From contig CAVQMM010000001.1 of NCBI GenBank assembly GCA_963713615.1, positions 3,584,001-3,648,000 on the forward strand: a stretch of DNA of 64,000 nucleotides, given 5' to 3'. The notes beneath the pieces are model-generated. The model was not told where the DNA came from. It worked only from the letters and a program-made list of their open reading frames with translations, and searched no databases. The first letter of the stretch is position 1. Every line of letters starts with the position of its first letter. The DNA comes from an uncultured Chlamydiae bacterium (GTDB lineage Bacteria; Chlamydiota; Chlamydiia; Chlamydiales; JAJFMA01). Positions 48,534 to 59,006 of the stretch are shown here, piece after piece. Made by a program: the position numbers and the translations under genes.

Positions 48534-49976
48534 CTAGCGAGTCGTCAACACAACATAACCTGTGAATGTCCCCTGGTGGACTAGCAGCAGTATCCTGCTT
48601 CCTTGGGCTACGCCATTGATCAGCTTGTAGAACTGATCCGCAGAGGTCATTTTCTGACGATTCACTTCCAAGATCACAGCATCCTTCTTCAAACCAGCTA
48701 GGGCAGCAGCACTGCTGGGTTCCACATCGGTGATCATCACACCTTGCTGCCCTTGTGGAAAACCCAGGCGACTTGCCTCGCTAGGAGACAGGTCAGTAAC
48801 TTTGATGCCTAAGACGCTATTGCTAGGAGCTGGAGTACTTTCCTTAGTTCCCGGCTTACTTCCTACCATAGCTGTCAGAGACAGGTTTTTGCCATCACGT
48901 AAGACTGTTAGGGTGACGGTCTCTCCAGGCTTAGTCAGTGAAATAGAATTGCGTAGGGCCGCTACAGACTCAACGCGACGGCCATTGTTTTCTAGGATGA
49001 CATCGCCGCGCTTGAGGCCAGCTTTCTCTGCGGGAGAGCCGTCCTGAACCTCAGCGACGAGGGCACCCTGGACAGTCGTGAGTCCGAATACCATGGCGAG
49101 GTCATAGTCGACAGGCTGCAGGACCACCCCCAGAAAGCCACGCGTGACCGTACCGGTTTTAATGAGTTCGTCCATAACGTATCGGATCATATCGCTAGGA
49201 ATGGCAAAACCGATGCCCATATAACCGCCAGTGCTGCTGGCGATGGCCGTATTCATGCCGATGACTTCGCCATCATAGTTAAGTAAGGGGCCGCCGGAGT
49301 TTCCACGATTGATGGCCGCATCGGTCTGAATAAAGTCTTCTAGGTCGGCTACATCGAGGTTAGCACGGCCTTTGGCGCTGACAACACCTACCGTTAAGGA
49401 TTCCTGGAGGCCTAAAGGGTTACCGATGGCGATAGCCCATTGACCGACTTCGATATTAGCGCTGTTGCCCAGCTTCAGGAACGGGAGGTTTTTGGCCTCA
49501 ATTTGAACCACAGCAACGTCGGTATTAGGGTCTTGACCGATTAGTTTGCCGTCGTACTCACGTCCATCATTAAGCTTAACTCGGATTTCCTGTGCATCAC
49601 TGATGACATGACTATTGGTAATGACATAACCATCGGCAGAGACGATGAATCCAGAGCCTTGGGCTACCCTAGATGGCGCCTCGCGAGGCGCCTGGGGTGC
49701 CCCTTGACGGGGTCTTCCAAAAAAGAACTCGAAGAGATCGTTGCCAAAGGGATCGACAAACTGATTAGGTCCTATAGCTGTGCCTTGACTCATTTTTGTG
49801 CTGATTGTCACGACCCCTGGAATAGCCGCTTTGGCAAGTTCCGTGAAGTCTGGTAATTCTGACCTTGACGCAGATGCGGTATAAGCATCTGTTGGACAGA
49901 CGATGATGAGCATGAGCGCGCTTAGAACCGAGGAGAAAAGAGATTGGGAGAGTTTATTCAGACTGGAATGTTTCAT
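48534..49976 (-). CDS. htrA: HtrA/DegP serine endoprotease with two PDZ domains
   Basis: GSGFIV, TNSHV, IQTDAAINRGNSGGPL. Confidence 0.96.
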   Translation of the reverse strand: MKHSSLNKLSQSLFSSVLSALMLIIVCPTDAYTASASRSELPDFTELAKAAIPGVVTISTKMSQGTAIGPNQFVDPFGNDLFEFFFGRPRQGAPQAPREAPSRVAQGSGFIVSADGYVITNSHVISDAQEIRVKLNDGREYDGKLIGQDPNTDVAVVQIEAKNLPFLKLGNSANIEVGQWAIAIGNPLGLQESLTVGVVSAKGRANLDVADLEDFIQTDAAINRGNSGGPLLNYDGEVIGMNTAIASSTGGYMGIGFAIPSDMIRYVMDELIKTGTVTRGFLGVVLQPVDYDLAMVFGLTTVQGALVAEVQDGSPAEKAGLKRGDVILENNGRRVESVAALRNSISLTKPGETVTLTVLRDGKNLSLTAMVGSKPGTKESTPAPSNSVLGIKVTDLSPSEASRLGFPQGQQGVMITDVEPSSAAALAGLKKDAVILEVNRQKMTSADQFYKLINGVAQGSRILLLVHQGTFTGYVVLTTR

Positions 49977-49990
49977 TTTCGTTGCTCCAA

Positions 49991-51385
49991 TTATTTAGTT
50001 GACCCACCGAGGAGTTCGAGAGATCTGGCGATGATCAAGAATCCTTGCTGCAGGCGATCTAAGCCAAAATGCTCGTTAGGAGCATGGATGCGATCGCCAG
50101 GTAATCCTAAACCTAGAAGAACCACCTTGCCATTGCAGAGTTCTTGAAGGTCTGCAACAATGGGGATTGATGCGCCCTCTAAGATGTATTTGCAGGGACT
50201 TTGGAAGACTTCGGTAAAAGCCTGTGCTACCGCTTTAGCAGCTTTTGAGTATGGATCTGTCATAATAGCTTTGCCACCACCCGGGTGAATATGCGTTGTC
50301 ACGGTGATGCCTGGGGGCGCTTGTTTTTCCAGGTATTCCGCGACCTTCTTGGCTGTAGCTTGGGGATCCTGCCCACAAACTAGACGACAGGACAATTTAG
50401 CTGAGGCTATTGCTGGGATGACCGTTTTGACTCCTGGCCCGGAGAATCCGCCAGTTATCCCGTTTACTTCTACAGTCGGTCTAAGCCAGTTTCTTTCTAA
50501 GGGCGGCAATGAACGTTCGCCACCTGTAGGCTGACAACCAAACTCTCTGATGTATTCCTGCTCATCAAAATCGAAAGAAAAGGCATTTTTTTGTTCAGCA
50601 GAGCACTCTTTGATATTGTCATAGAAACCGGGGACGTTGATGATACCCTTATCATTACGGAGTTTGGCGAGAATCTCCACAAGGGCATGGATAGGATTGT
50701 AGGCTAGGCCTCCATGGCATCCGGAATGAAGGTCAGTTTCGGAACCCTTACAGGTGACCTCAAGAGCAACGATACCTCTTAAGCCCACAGTAACGCTGGG
50801 CGATGTGGCATTTTTGATGCCAACATCCACGATGAAAAGGTAATCCGCCTTAAGCTCCTCGGCCTTCTGCTTTAGAAGAGGAGGTAGGCTGGGGCTACCG
50901 GTTTCTTCGTCGCCTTCGATAATCAGTTTTAGGTTTACTGGAAGGTGACCGAAGCACTTTTTGAGCGCCTTAATGGCCTGTATGACATAAAAGCACTGGC
51001 CTTTGTTGTCTTGTGCGCCGCGGGCATAGATCTCATTCTCTTTAATCGTTGGAACAAACGGAGGGGAATCCCATAGATCCACAGGATCGACAGGTTGTAC
51101 ATCGTAATGGTTGTAGATCAGAAGGGTAGGTTTATCTGGTCCAGCAGTGAGATCATGTGCGTACAGAACTGGATGAAAATCCGTTTTCCAGAGTTCTACT
51201 GTTAATGGAATATTCGTAAGGTAGCTTCGAAGCCACTCAGCACAGGCCTGAACTTGATCTTTTCGATCTGGCTCAGCACTCACGCTTTCAAAGCGCAAAA
51301 AGGTCTTCAGATCGTTTACAATGGACTCTTGATTGGTCTCATAGTAATCTCGCAACTGATCGAGCAGCTCAGACTGGGTATTCAT
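49991..51385 (-). CDS. M20 family dipeptidase
   Basis: YNHYDVQP, ARGAQDNKG, EGDEETGS, DLHSG, IHAPNE. Confidence 0.92.
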   Translation of the reverse strand: MNTQSELLDQLRDYYETNQESIVNDLKTFLRFESVSAEPDRKDQVQACAEWLRSYLTNIPLTVELWKTDFHPVLYAHDLTAGPDKPTLLIYNHYDVQPVDPVDLWDSPPFVPTIKENEIYARGAQDNKGQCFYVIQAIKALKKCFGHLPVNLKLIIEGDEETGSPSLPPLLKQKAEELKADYLFIVDVGIKNATSPSVTVGLRGIVALEVTCKGSETDLHSGCHGGLAYNPIHALVEILAKLRNDKGIINVPGFYDNIKECSAEQKNAFSFDFDEQEYIREFGCQPTGGERSLPPLERNWLRPTVEVNGITGGFSGPGVKTVIPAIASAKLSCRLVCGQDPQATAKKVAEYLEKQAPPGITVTTHIHPGGGKAIMTDPYSKAAKAVAQAFTEVFQSPCKYILEGASIPIVADLQELCNGKVVLLGLGLPGDRIHAPNEHFGLDRLQQGFLIIARSLELLGGSTK

Positions 51386-51442
51386 GCACTGATTCTCCTT
51401 ACTAAAGCCTACAATATATTTGAGTGGTCCTTTTCGGTCTAT

Positions 51443-51510
51443 AGAGGAGAGAATTTTTACCACAGAGGACACAGAGAGCACAGAGATGGAAGAGAGAGGA
51501 TTTTTTTGTT
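51443..51510. repeat. family B left arm
   Basis: TTTTTACCACAGAGGACACAGAGAGCACAGAGATGGAAGAGAGAGG. Confidence 0.75.
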
Positions 51511-51558
51511 TTAGTGTTTAACAAAGGTCGATGCGTCCATCGACCTTAGGGACATAAT

Positions 51559-52176
51559 GAGGGAATTGCAGAAGTCCGATTTTCCGAAGTCAATTTCCTG
51601 AAAATCGGATCCCGGTGAAGAGAGAGCCATTCCCTTCCCAGGCCCGAAGGGTCGATATTGCAACAGGCCATGGCATCGCCACATAGGCCTCAACCTAAGC
51701 CTAACAATCGTATCTCGGCGCGCAGCGCTTTGGAGTGCGGTCGCTTGCGACCGCTTTGGGTTCCTTGCGACGGTCGTGTGCAACGGCATCACTATAATTC
51801 CCTAAGGGTAAAATAGTTAGTACATGCAGCCTTCGACGAATCCATACAATGCCGTTTAGCATTGCCGTCCCAAGGAACGAAAAGCGGTCGCAAGCGACCG
51901 CACTCCAAAGCGCTGCGCGCCGAGATACGATTGTGAAGTCCTAAGTCATTGAGATATAAGCTCAAAAGACCTGTTAGGTTGAGGCCTATGTGGCATCGCC
52001 ATGGTATATGCCAGGAAGGGATTTCGCAGCCTGTAGGGCTGCCATAAGGCGCTTGTATAAATAGCGTGTGAATACTGACGTCTTATGGCAGTCCTTCAGA
52101 CTGCGAACCACGTTTTGGCATATACCATGGCGATGCCATGGCCTGTTGCAATATCGACCCTTCGGGCCTGGAAAGG
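51559..52176. mobile_element. nested composite element copy 3 (one G end + F > H > E)
   Basis: GAGGGAATTGCAGAAGTCCG end; H at 51682-51990 with TGGCATCGCCA duplicated at 51671-51681 and 51991-52001. Confidence 0.9.
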
Positions 52177-52191
52177 AAAATCCTACTCTTC

Positions 52192-53955
52192 CTACTCCCG
52201 CTCTTTCTTCCTCTTCTCCCACTCCCTCTCCAAGCTCTTGGCATGCGGGTCGTTGGGGTCAATGGCCTTAAGAATGCTCTGGGTTAGCTCCACAAAGTCT
52301 GGATACGCTTCCGGCTTAGCAAGGCTAAAATTAAAGCGTTGCCAGGCCAATGTCATCAGCTGAGCACTTGCTGGGTACTCCCCCAAACGATAGAGGATGC
52401 GTGCGGCATAGACTTCCACGACTCCTGGGACCTCGAGGGCGCCGGGATAGTGCAAGGTGTATTCTATCGCCTCAGTGACCAAAGCAGGGTCTCCGACGAG
52501 TCGTTGCGAGGTGATGAACTGTAAGGCTACGTCATGACGCAGGTCTTCATTGAATGCTGTGTCCACGGAATTTTGAATGGTATCGAGGCTTAAGGGAACT
52601 GAGAGAAGAGTGATGCCGATCACTAACAAAATAAAGTACCCCCACACGGCCTTGTGTACGAACCGATGATGTGCGCTAACTAAACGGGGATCTTGTTCGG
52701 CTTTTTCTAAAAACTGCATACGCTGGCGGATGCTATAATGGTGCCAGCTTGGAAGGTCATGGATATTGCCAGAGAGAAAACCCACTTCGTTCAAGGCATC
52801 GCTCATATCCTGTGGGGGCATGCCAACATCAAAACAGGAGAGGTCTGCTTGCCTTTCAAAAAGGCGTGAGTAGAAGCCAAAGACAAACCGAAAGTATAGG
52901 GAGATGACCAGCACATAGGTTAATAACACAACGAAAGGCTGAAGAGCCTGCCAGGGCCCTGTAGGGTTTAGGTAGTTACGCATGACCAGATATTGGTCAA
53001 TGGCTGGCAAAATGGTTAGGGAGAGCATGCCAATGATGACCATGGCTCCCATGAGAATAAAAGGGTAGATCAACAGGTGCTTGCGACGGGTGTGCCCCAT
53101 CTCATGAACCAGCACCGCATCGAGGGCATGCGGAGATAACTGTTCTAGAAGGGTCGGGGTAAAGATGACATAACGAAAACGAGCGACTGGGCCGATGATA
53201 GCGGCCGTGAGGCTACGCCCCATCACCGGCCAGGTGAGCATTCCTGCATGGCGGAATTTTGCACGGTCACACCAAGACTGTAGCCTATCACGCGTAGGGC
53301 CATCGGGGAGGTGTTGACAACCCCAACAATATGTCAACAAAGGTGGGAAGAAGATTAGCATGCCTACGATAAATGTCAACGAGAGGACGCTCCCCACAAT
53401 CCATTCGATGGTTGGGTGAGCTCCGCTAGTCAGAGCGCTCAACACATCAGAGAGAATAGAAAAAACAACGAAGGGAATTGCGAATGGCATCAAAAAACGT
53501 AACGGAGTAAGGACATACGATAGACGAGAAGACCGATTTCGCTCATCCGGATAGGCGGAAAAATAAAATAATGCCAGTCCCAAAAAATAGAGAGTTAGGG
53601 TAAAGAGCACCTGAAATGCAAGCGTTTGCCCGATGAAAGGCAAACTTAAGAGCATCCGCCCCCCAGCGAAGTAAAAATAGAAGATAGCCAGGAAACTCAA
53701 AAGTTCGATATTAGCAATAAAAAGCAGCCGAGGGATGCCCTGCCTTCCGCGGGCACGCAGCATGCAATTCTGGACAACGATTAGGACTAAGACGATGGCA
53801 TAAACACTCATGCCTAGGAGAAAGTCCACTGATGCTGAATAACCTGTTGCAGACACTTGTGGAACAGTCACACTGTCACCGCTGGTTTCTGGTCCCATGG
53901 TCGCTATGAGTAGAGCGATGGCTAAAAAAATAATATTGGAAAACAAACTGGACAC
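52192..53955 (-). CDS. M48 (Ste24/HtpX-like) membrane metalloprotease
   Basis: HEMGH, ERQAD, multiple TM helices; probable GTG start at 53955 (the longer ORF runs into repeat I). Confidence 0.85.
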   Translation of the reverse strand: MSSLFSNIIFLAIALLIATMGPETSGDSVTVPQVSATGYSASVDFLLGMSVYAIVLVLIVVQNCMLRARGRQGIPRLLFIANIELLSFLAIFYFYFAGGRMLLSLPFIGQTLAFQVLFTLTLYFLGLALFYFSAYPDERNRSSRLSYVLTPLRFLMPFAIPFVVFSILSDVLSALTSGAHPTIEWIVGSVLSLTFIVGMLIFFPPLLTYCWGCQHLPDGPTRDRLQSWCDRAKFRHAGMLTWPVMGRSLTAAIIGPVARFRYVIFTPTLLEQLSPHALDAVLVHEMGHTRRKHLLIYPFILMGAMVIIGMLSLTILPAIDQYLVMRNYLNPTGPWQALQPFVVLLTYVLVISLYFRFVFGFYSRLFERQADLSCFDVGMPPQDMSDALNEVGFLSGNIHDLPSWHHYSIRQRMQFLEKAEQDPRLVSAHHRFVHKAVWGYFILLVIGITLLSVPLSLDTIQNSVDTAFNEDLRHDVALQFITSQRLVGDPALVTEAIEYTLHYPGALEVPGVVEVYAARILYRLGEYPASAQLMTLAWQRFNFSLAKPEAYPDFVELTQSILKAIDPNDPHAKSLEREWEKRKKERE

Positions 53956-54002
53956 CGTCCTATGATTACGAAAACTTTGCCAAATTGTAACGTGTTTGCA
54001 GA

Positions 54003-54167
54003 TATACCACACTCGGTCATAAATTTGGAATTTGGCCCGCGCCAAAGCCTCGAGATTCAACAATCGCAAATGGGTCAAATTTAGATAATATTGGACCCAT
54101 TTGTGATCGTTGAATCGCGGAGCTTTCGCGTGGGCCCAAATCCAAATTTATAACCGAGTGTGGCATA
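54003..54167. repeat. family I ERIC-like palindromic element
   Basis: TATACCACACTCGGTCATAAATTTGGA...TCCAAATTTATAACCGAGTGTGGCATA; folds back along its whole length; TA-bounded. Confidence 0.85.
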
Positions 54168-54179
54168 AAGGAGAAGCCG

Positions 54180-55199
54180 ATGAGTCTACCTATTGCGGAT
54201 CTTCATTGCGATCTTCTATCTTTTTTAGCCAGTGATGAGCACCATAGTGCTCTCGACCCTGACGTGCACTGTTCGATTCCGCAGTTGCACGCAGGAAATG
54301 TTCATTTTCAGACGTTGGCCATCGGTTATGAGACAAAAATAGGTTCGGCGGCGCTGGGAATGCATCAGGCTCGGTGCTTCGAACGTCTTCTCGAAGAGCA
54401 CTGTAAGGATGTTGTAGCCATTGATGGCTCCGAGGAACTTCGAGGAATCCTCAAGGGACATAGAATTGGAGTCATTACTTCCATCGAAAATGCTTCTGCC
54501 TTTTGTGAGGAACAGGAGCCTATAAGGGCTGGCCTGAAAAGATTTCAGGAGTTCATAAGGATCTGTCGGCCCCTCTATGTGAGCTTTACTTGGAATTCCG
54601 AAAACCGCTTCGGTGGTGGAGCCCTTACAGATGTGGGTCTCAAAATCGATGGTAAAGCCCTCTTGGATTTCTTGGACGGAAGGCAGATAGCAGTCGATTT
54701 TAGCCACGCTTCCGATCGCCTTGTTCACGACATCCTGGAGTATATTGCAGGTCGCAATTTAGACATCGACGTCATGGCCAGTCACTCCAATGTTCGTACA
54801 ATCAAGGATGTGGCGCGCAACCTCCCCGATGACCTTCTGCGAGAAATTTTTAAACGTGGTGGAATCGTTGGCTGCAATTTCATTCGAGCCTTCGTAGGAT
54901 CAAAAAAAGAAGACTTCGCTAAGCATATTGCGGCGATAATGGCTTTGGGTGGGGAAGATCAGGTGTGCTTTGGCGCTGATTTTTTCTATGGGGGAGATGC
55001 CCCAGCCAATACGCCGGGCCGTTCGCCGGAGGGGTGGTTTTTTCCTGAATGGAGTAATTCGGGATGTTATGGGAATTTATTGGCTTTATTAAAGGGTGAA
55101 CTTGCCCTTTCGGACGTTGTCCTTGAGAAACTTGCTTATCGTAATGCTTTTACTTTCTTCTCCCGCCTGAGACAACCAGAACATATCGCAATCTCGTAG
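54180..55199 (+). CDS. membrane dipeptidase (M19) family
   Basis: DLHCD, SIEN, VDFSHAS, ASHSN, FGADF. Confidence 0.9.
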   Translation: MSLPIADLHCDLLSFLASDEHHSALDPDVHCSIPQLHAGNVHFQTLAIGYETKIGSAALGMHQARCFERLLEEHCKDVVAIDGSEELRGILKGHRIGVITSIENASAFCEEQEPIRAGLKRFQEFIRICRPLYVSFTWNSENRFGGGALTDVGLKIDGKALLDFLDGRQIAVDFSHASDRLVHDILEYIAGRNLDIDVMASHSNVRTIKDVARNLPDDLLREIFKRGGIVGCNFIRAFVGSKKEDFAKHIAAIMALGGEDQVCFGADFFYGGDAPANTPGRSPEGWFFPEWSNSGCYGNLLALLKGELALSDVVLEKLAYRNAFTFFSRLRQPEHIAIS

Positions 55200-55228
55200 A
55201 GCTTTTCCCTCCTCTCCGAGTCTAATAC

Positions 55229-55411
55229 CTACCTGGATTCATTTTCCTCAGCGTCCTCGCCTATCATGGCTGGCTGTAGGAGGTGTAGACCGCTGTCGAT
55301 GGCTAATTCCGCCGCCGTTGTTTCTTCGCACGAAATCCAATGGCCAGAATGACCCGTTTGGATAAAACAATTTGCGGCGATCATCGCCAAGAGCACAAAG
55401 GGATGTCTCAT
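55229..55411 (-). CDS. small hypothetical protein, possibly secreted
   Basis: AGGAG RBS; hydrophobic N-terminus; 60 aa. Confidence 0.4.
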   Translation of the reverse strand: MRHPFVLLAMIAANCFIQTGHSGHWISCEETTAAELAIDSGLHLLQPAMIGEDAEENESR

Positions 55412-55511
55412 CCACGTCTCCTTGTTGGATGTGATCTATCAGCTTAAGTTGCTGATAGGCTGGCGATTATATAGCTATTCGCCTTTTTCAGGCAACGCAC
55501 AGAATAATTTG

Positions 55512-55620
55512 AAGGAGAGGGGGAGAGGGAGGATGAGGAGAGAGACAAGAGCGGGAGGAGGAATTAGGATTTTTTACCGCCGAGGCGTCTCGGCGGTAAA
55601 AATTCCTAATCCTAAATCCT
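55512..55620. repeat. collapsed family B hairpin
   Basis: GGATTTTTTACCGCCGAGGCGTCTCGGCGGTAAAAATTCC with a purine-rich 5' flank. Confidence 0.8.
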
Positions 55621-58588
55621 AAATAGTGACGACCTTCAAGGGGGGAAGGCCGAGAATTTTAAGGTTAGGGCTCTCTTTCTCTATCAGCTCTTTACCTGCA
55701 AAAACGACAGAAGGAGTAGCGGCCACCTTTGCAACGAGGTGATTTTTGACAGCTCTTTGTATATCTTCTTTCGTTGTTGCTAATAGACGGTCGCGGAAGC
55801 TCTGGCGCATCTCACGGGTTTTGCCGGATCTCCACCATCCGTAGGCCAGGCCTGCCCGGCTTCCCGGAGCGACCGGGGCATCAGCATCTTGAATCATTTC
55901 AAGTTTAGCTTCTTCCAGGTCGTCATCAGTAAAATCCCCTTTGGCGACTAAATCGACGGCATCTTCAAAAGCCTTCAATGTCGAAGCGATATTGGGGTCG
56001 CGATAGGAGTAGAAATAGAAATGACCATACATCGTATTATGGCCAGCACCGCTGCCATAGGCACCGCCCTCTTCACGGATTTTCTGATGCAGAACCGTGT
56101 TATCCAGAATGTTGCTAGCCAAGCTTAGCGCCGGAGCATCTGGATGTAGGTAAGCCACCGTGGCCAGTGTTTTGCCTGTGAAGGCTACCCCTGAAGAAAT
56201 CTCAAATGCCTGCGAGTCCAACACGGGAAGTGAATATTGAGGCTGCCATGGCAGAGTCGGCTGTCTCCCTAGATCCGCTAAACCATAAAAGCCTTCTTTG
56301 GCGATTTTCTGGTAGTACTCCTCATCGCAAGCGATGACAACATGAGGATCCTGGCGGTCGAGCAAGCGCCCTTTGAAGTTCTCAAACTTAGCGATGAGAT
56401 CGTCAAGGCGCGTGGGCAGATTTTTGACTAGATTCTGTAACATCTGGAAATATTCAAGACCAAACCACGCATAATGGACGCGAGCAGCAACATCTAGGCC
56501 ATAGGCCGATCGGCTCAAGGCGTAGCGCATGGCCTGACTGTTAAAAGAGGCTTCTAGGCCAGTATAGTGTTTAAGCAAAACTTCCTTGATGCGGTTGACA
56601 TCGGTAAAGTCCAGAGATGTGATCATGTCGCGCATGAGGGCAAATAGCTTGTCGCCCTTACGATAAAGAGCCTTACCTCTAATTAAAAAAGAGGGTGTGC
56701 AGTCTTGTGGATGTTCCACATGAGGGTTTAGGCTAAGCGAAGAACCTACACCTCCCGTGTTTTCATGCATGAATTCGAGGACCTGACGGTAGTCGCGTCC
56801 TCCACAGCCCACTTGAGACATCAAATTTCCAAAGAGCCGAACATAGGGGAGCTCGGCTTCATCGATCTGCGGCATGTTGAAACCGATCTCGGCATAGACG
56901 ATGCCGTTGGTGAAGCAGGTGTGCCTAAAGGAGGTGGCGTTTCCTACCTTTTCGATCTGTAATGGGAAATCTCGAACCACTTTTGGAACATCGTCAAGAG
57001 TTAATTTTGGCAGACAATCGGTATCTTGATCTTCCTGGTCTTGTTGAAACTTGCTCAGGGCTTTGGCTTCAGCAATGATCTTTTGAGCATCTTGAGGACT
57101 AAGCTCAGCTTTTATAGCTTCTAGTGCAGCACGCTCTTCAGCCTCTTCGCGGCGATTAAGATCCTTGTCAGGTGTTAGCACCACAGTGACACGATGGGCA
57201 TTGTTAAGTAGATGCTTCTCAATAAGCTTGGAGAGGTATTTTGGGTCCTTTTTGAGCAGGTCGCGCATTCTTTCGAACAAGGAGTGAATGACCAAACCGT
57301 TTTCCGGTTGTCCAGCATGTTGCTTGAGAAGCGCTGATCGCCAGAACAGAGATAAGCCAAAGGGGCTGCTATCACCGGTAATCTCGCTGCGGTAGAGTTC
57401 CATCTGATGCATAGCGCTCTCTACTAGATGGTGAGGGATGCCCTCGTCCGCGATGCGCTTAAGTTCGCTCAGGATGAGCTTTTCGATAGCTTCAGCATTG
57501 ACAGGATCACATCCGCGTAATGTGATCACATAGGGCACTTCGCTGATTTCATCTTCCATACTTGAGCCGGCCTGTTTACACAGTCCAGACTTGAGCAAAG
57601 TATGGCGAAGTAAGGAGCCATCGGTATCCATCAGAGCACTGTCGACAACTTCTAGAGCGAGGACTTCATCGAGATCTAGGATATGACAGGTCAGCCATCC
57701 CATGGCCACATAGGCTTTTTCCGATTCGTCGACATCAGGACCGGCGGGGTAGGTGGCCTTTCGTGTTAATGGTGTGGCGAAGCGCTTTTGACGGGGTATT
57801 GGCGTCAGAGGCGACACCTTTTCGGCTTTGTCTAGGGTTTTTTCAGCGATGAAATCGAGGTGTTTTGTTAGAGGAAGGTTGCCATAAAAGTAGAATAAAC
57901 AGCGAGCCGGGTGGTAATACTGCTGGTAGAAATCTTTGAATTGATCATAGGTAAGAGAAGGAATGACCTTTGGATCGCCACCAGAATTATACCCGTAGGT
58001 AAGGTCTGGAAATAGGGCCGCACTAAGGATATCATCAAGGCGTGCTCCTGGAGAAACCAATACACCCTTCATTTCATTGTAGACGATACCCTTGTATTCG
58101 AGGGGGGTCTGGGGATCGTCAGGTTTAGCAAATTCTAAGCGGCAACCTTCTTGACGAAAACTTAAGAGCTCCAGTTTAGGCTTAAACACAGCATCCAGGT
58201 AAACCTCGAGAATGTTGTAGAAGTCCTTTGGCACCTGCGAGGCAGCTGGATAGCAGGTGAAGTCAGGCCCTGTCATAGCATTCATAAAGGTATTTAGGCT
58301 GCGCCTTGTCATGGCGAAGAAGGGGTCTTTGATCGGATATTTTTCGGAACCGCACAACACAGTGTGCTCCAAAATATGCGCTACACCATTAGAGCTCGCT
58401 GGAGTGGTGCGAAATGACAGGCAGAAGAGATTTTCGGGATCGTCATTGGCAATGTGTAAGATTTGTGCATTCGTGGCCTCGTGAATGAGTTCCCGTAATG
58501 TGCATCTGACCTCTGGGATTTCCTTGATATGAGTCACGCGAAATCCGCGATAGGTGTCTCCTAAGGAGCTTAACTGTTGATCTGTCAT
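55619..58588 (-). CDS. presequence protease / insulinase family M16C (CT824-like)
   Basis: HILEHTVLCGSEKYP (HxxEH), NAMTGPDFTCYP, GIVYNEMKG, IREEGGAYG, SYRDP. Confidence 0.95.
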   Translation of the reverse strand: MTDQQLSSLGDTYRGFRVTHIKEIPEVRCTLRELIHEATNAQILHIANDDPENLFCLSFRTTPASSNGVAHILEHTVLCGSEKYPIKDPFFAMTRRSLNTFMNAMTGPDFTCYPAASQVPKDFYNILEVYLDAVFKPKLELLSFRQEGCRLEFAKPDDPQTPLEYKGIVYNEMKGVLVSPGARLDDILSAALFPDLTYGYNSGGDPKVIPSLTYDQFKDFYQQYYHPARCLFYFYGNLPLTKHLDFIAEKTLDKAEKVSPLTPIPRQKRFATPLTRKATYPAGPDVDESEKAYVAMGWLTCHILDLDEVLALEVVDSALMDTDGSLLRHTLLKSGLCKQAGSSMEDEISEVPYVITLRGCDPVNAEAIEKLILSELKRIADEGIPHHLVESAMHQMELYRSEITGDSSPFGLSLFWRSALLKQHAGQPENGLVIHSLFERMRDLLKKDPKYLSKLIEKHLLNNAHRVTVVLTPDKDLNRREEAEERAALEAIKAELSPQDAQKIIAEAKALSKFQQDQEDQDTDCLPKLTLDDVPKVVRDFPLQIEKVGNATSFRHTCFTNGIVYAEIGFNMPQIDEAELPYVRLFGNLMSQVGCGGRDYRQVLEFMHENTGGVGSSLSLNPHVEHPQDCTPSFLIRGKALYRKGDKLFALMRDMITSLDFTDVNRIKEVLLKHYTGLEASFNSQAMRYALSRSAYGLDVAARVHYAWFGLEYFQMLQNLVKNLPTRLDDLIAKFENFKGRLLDRQDPHVVIACDEEYYQKIAKEGFYGLADLGRQPTLPWQPQYSLPVLDSQAFEISSGVAFTGKTLATVAYLHPDAPALSLASNILDNTVLHQKIREEGGAYGSGAGHNTMYGHFYFYSYRDPNIASTLKAFEDAVDLVAKGDFTDDDLEEAKLEMIQDADAPVAPGSRAGLAYGWWRSGKTREMRQSFRDRLLATTKEDIQRAVKNHLVAKVAATPSVVFAGKELIEKESPNLKILGLPPLKVVTI

Positions 58589-58659
58589 AAAAACGTTCGC
58601 CTTCACATAATGTTGTGAAGCTATGATAAGCAATTAGTCTATTTACCTGAAGGAGATTA

Positions 58660-58950
58660 TGGGAGAGGAGAGGAGAGGAGAGGAGGGGAAGGAGGAGGAT
58701 TTTTTACCACAGAGAACACAGAGACGCCGAGACAGGAAGAGAGAGGATTAGGAAAGAAGAGAAAAAAATGTCCATTCGGTCCAATTCGTCCAATCAGTCC
58801 AATTCGTCCATAAAGTCCATTTTAGCATAGGTGAAAATGGACTATAGTGGACAATATGGACCTCATGGACAATTTTTAAACATCAACAAAAAATCCTCTT
58901 CTTCTTTCCTATCTTCTTTCTCCCTCTCTCCGCCTTCCTCTCTTCTCCCC
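58660..58950. repeat. family B left arm with nested family C core; right arm degenerate
   Basis: TTTTTACCACAGAGAACACAGAGACGCCGAG; same GTCCATTTTAGCATAGGTGAAAATGGAC core as at ~5000. Confidence 0.85.
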
Positions 58951-59006
58951 TTGACGGATAAGCCCGTCTCAAACACAATTGAGGGAATAAATTAAACGAG
59001 CTTGCG

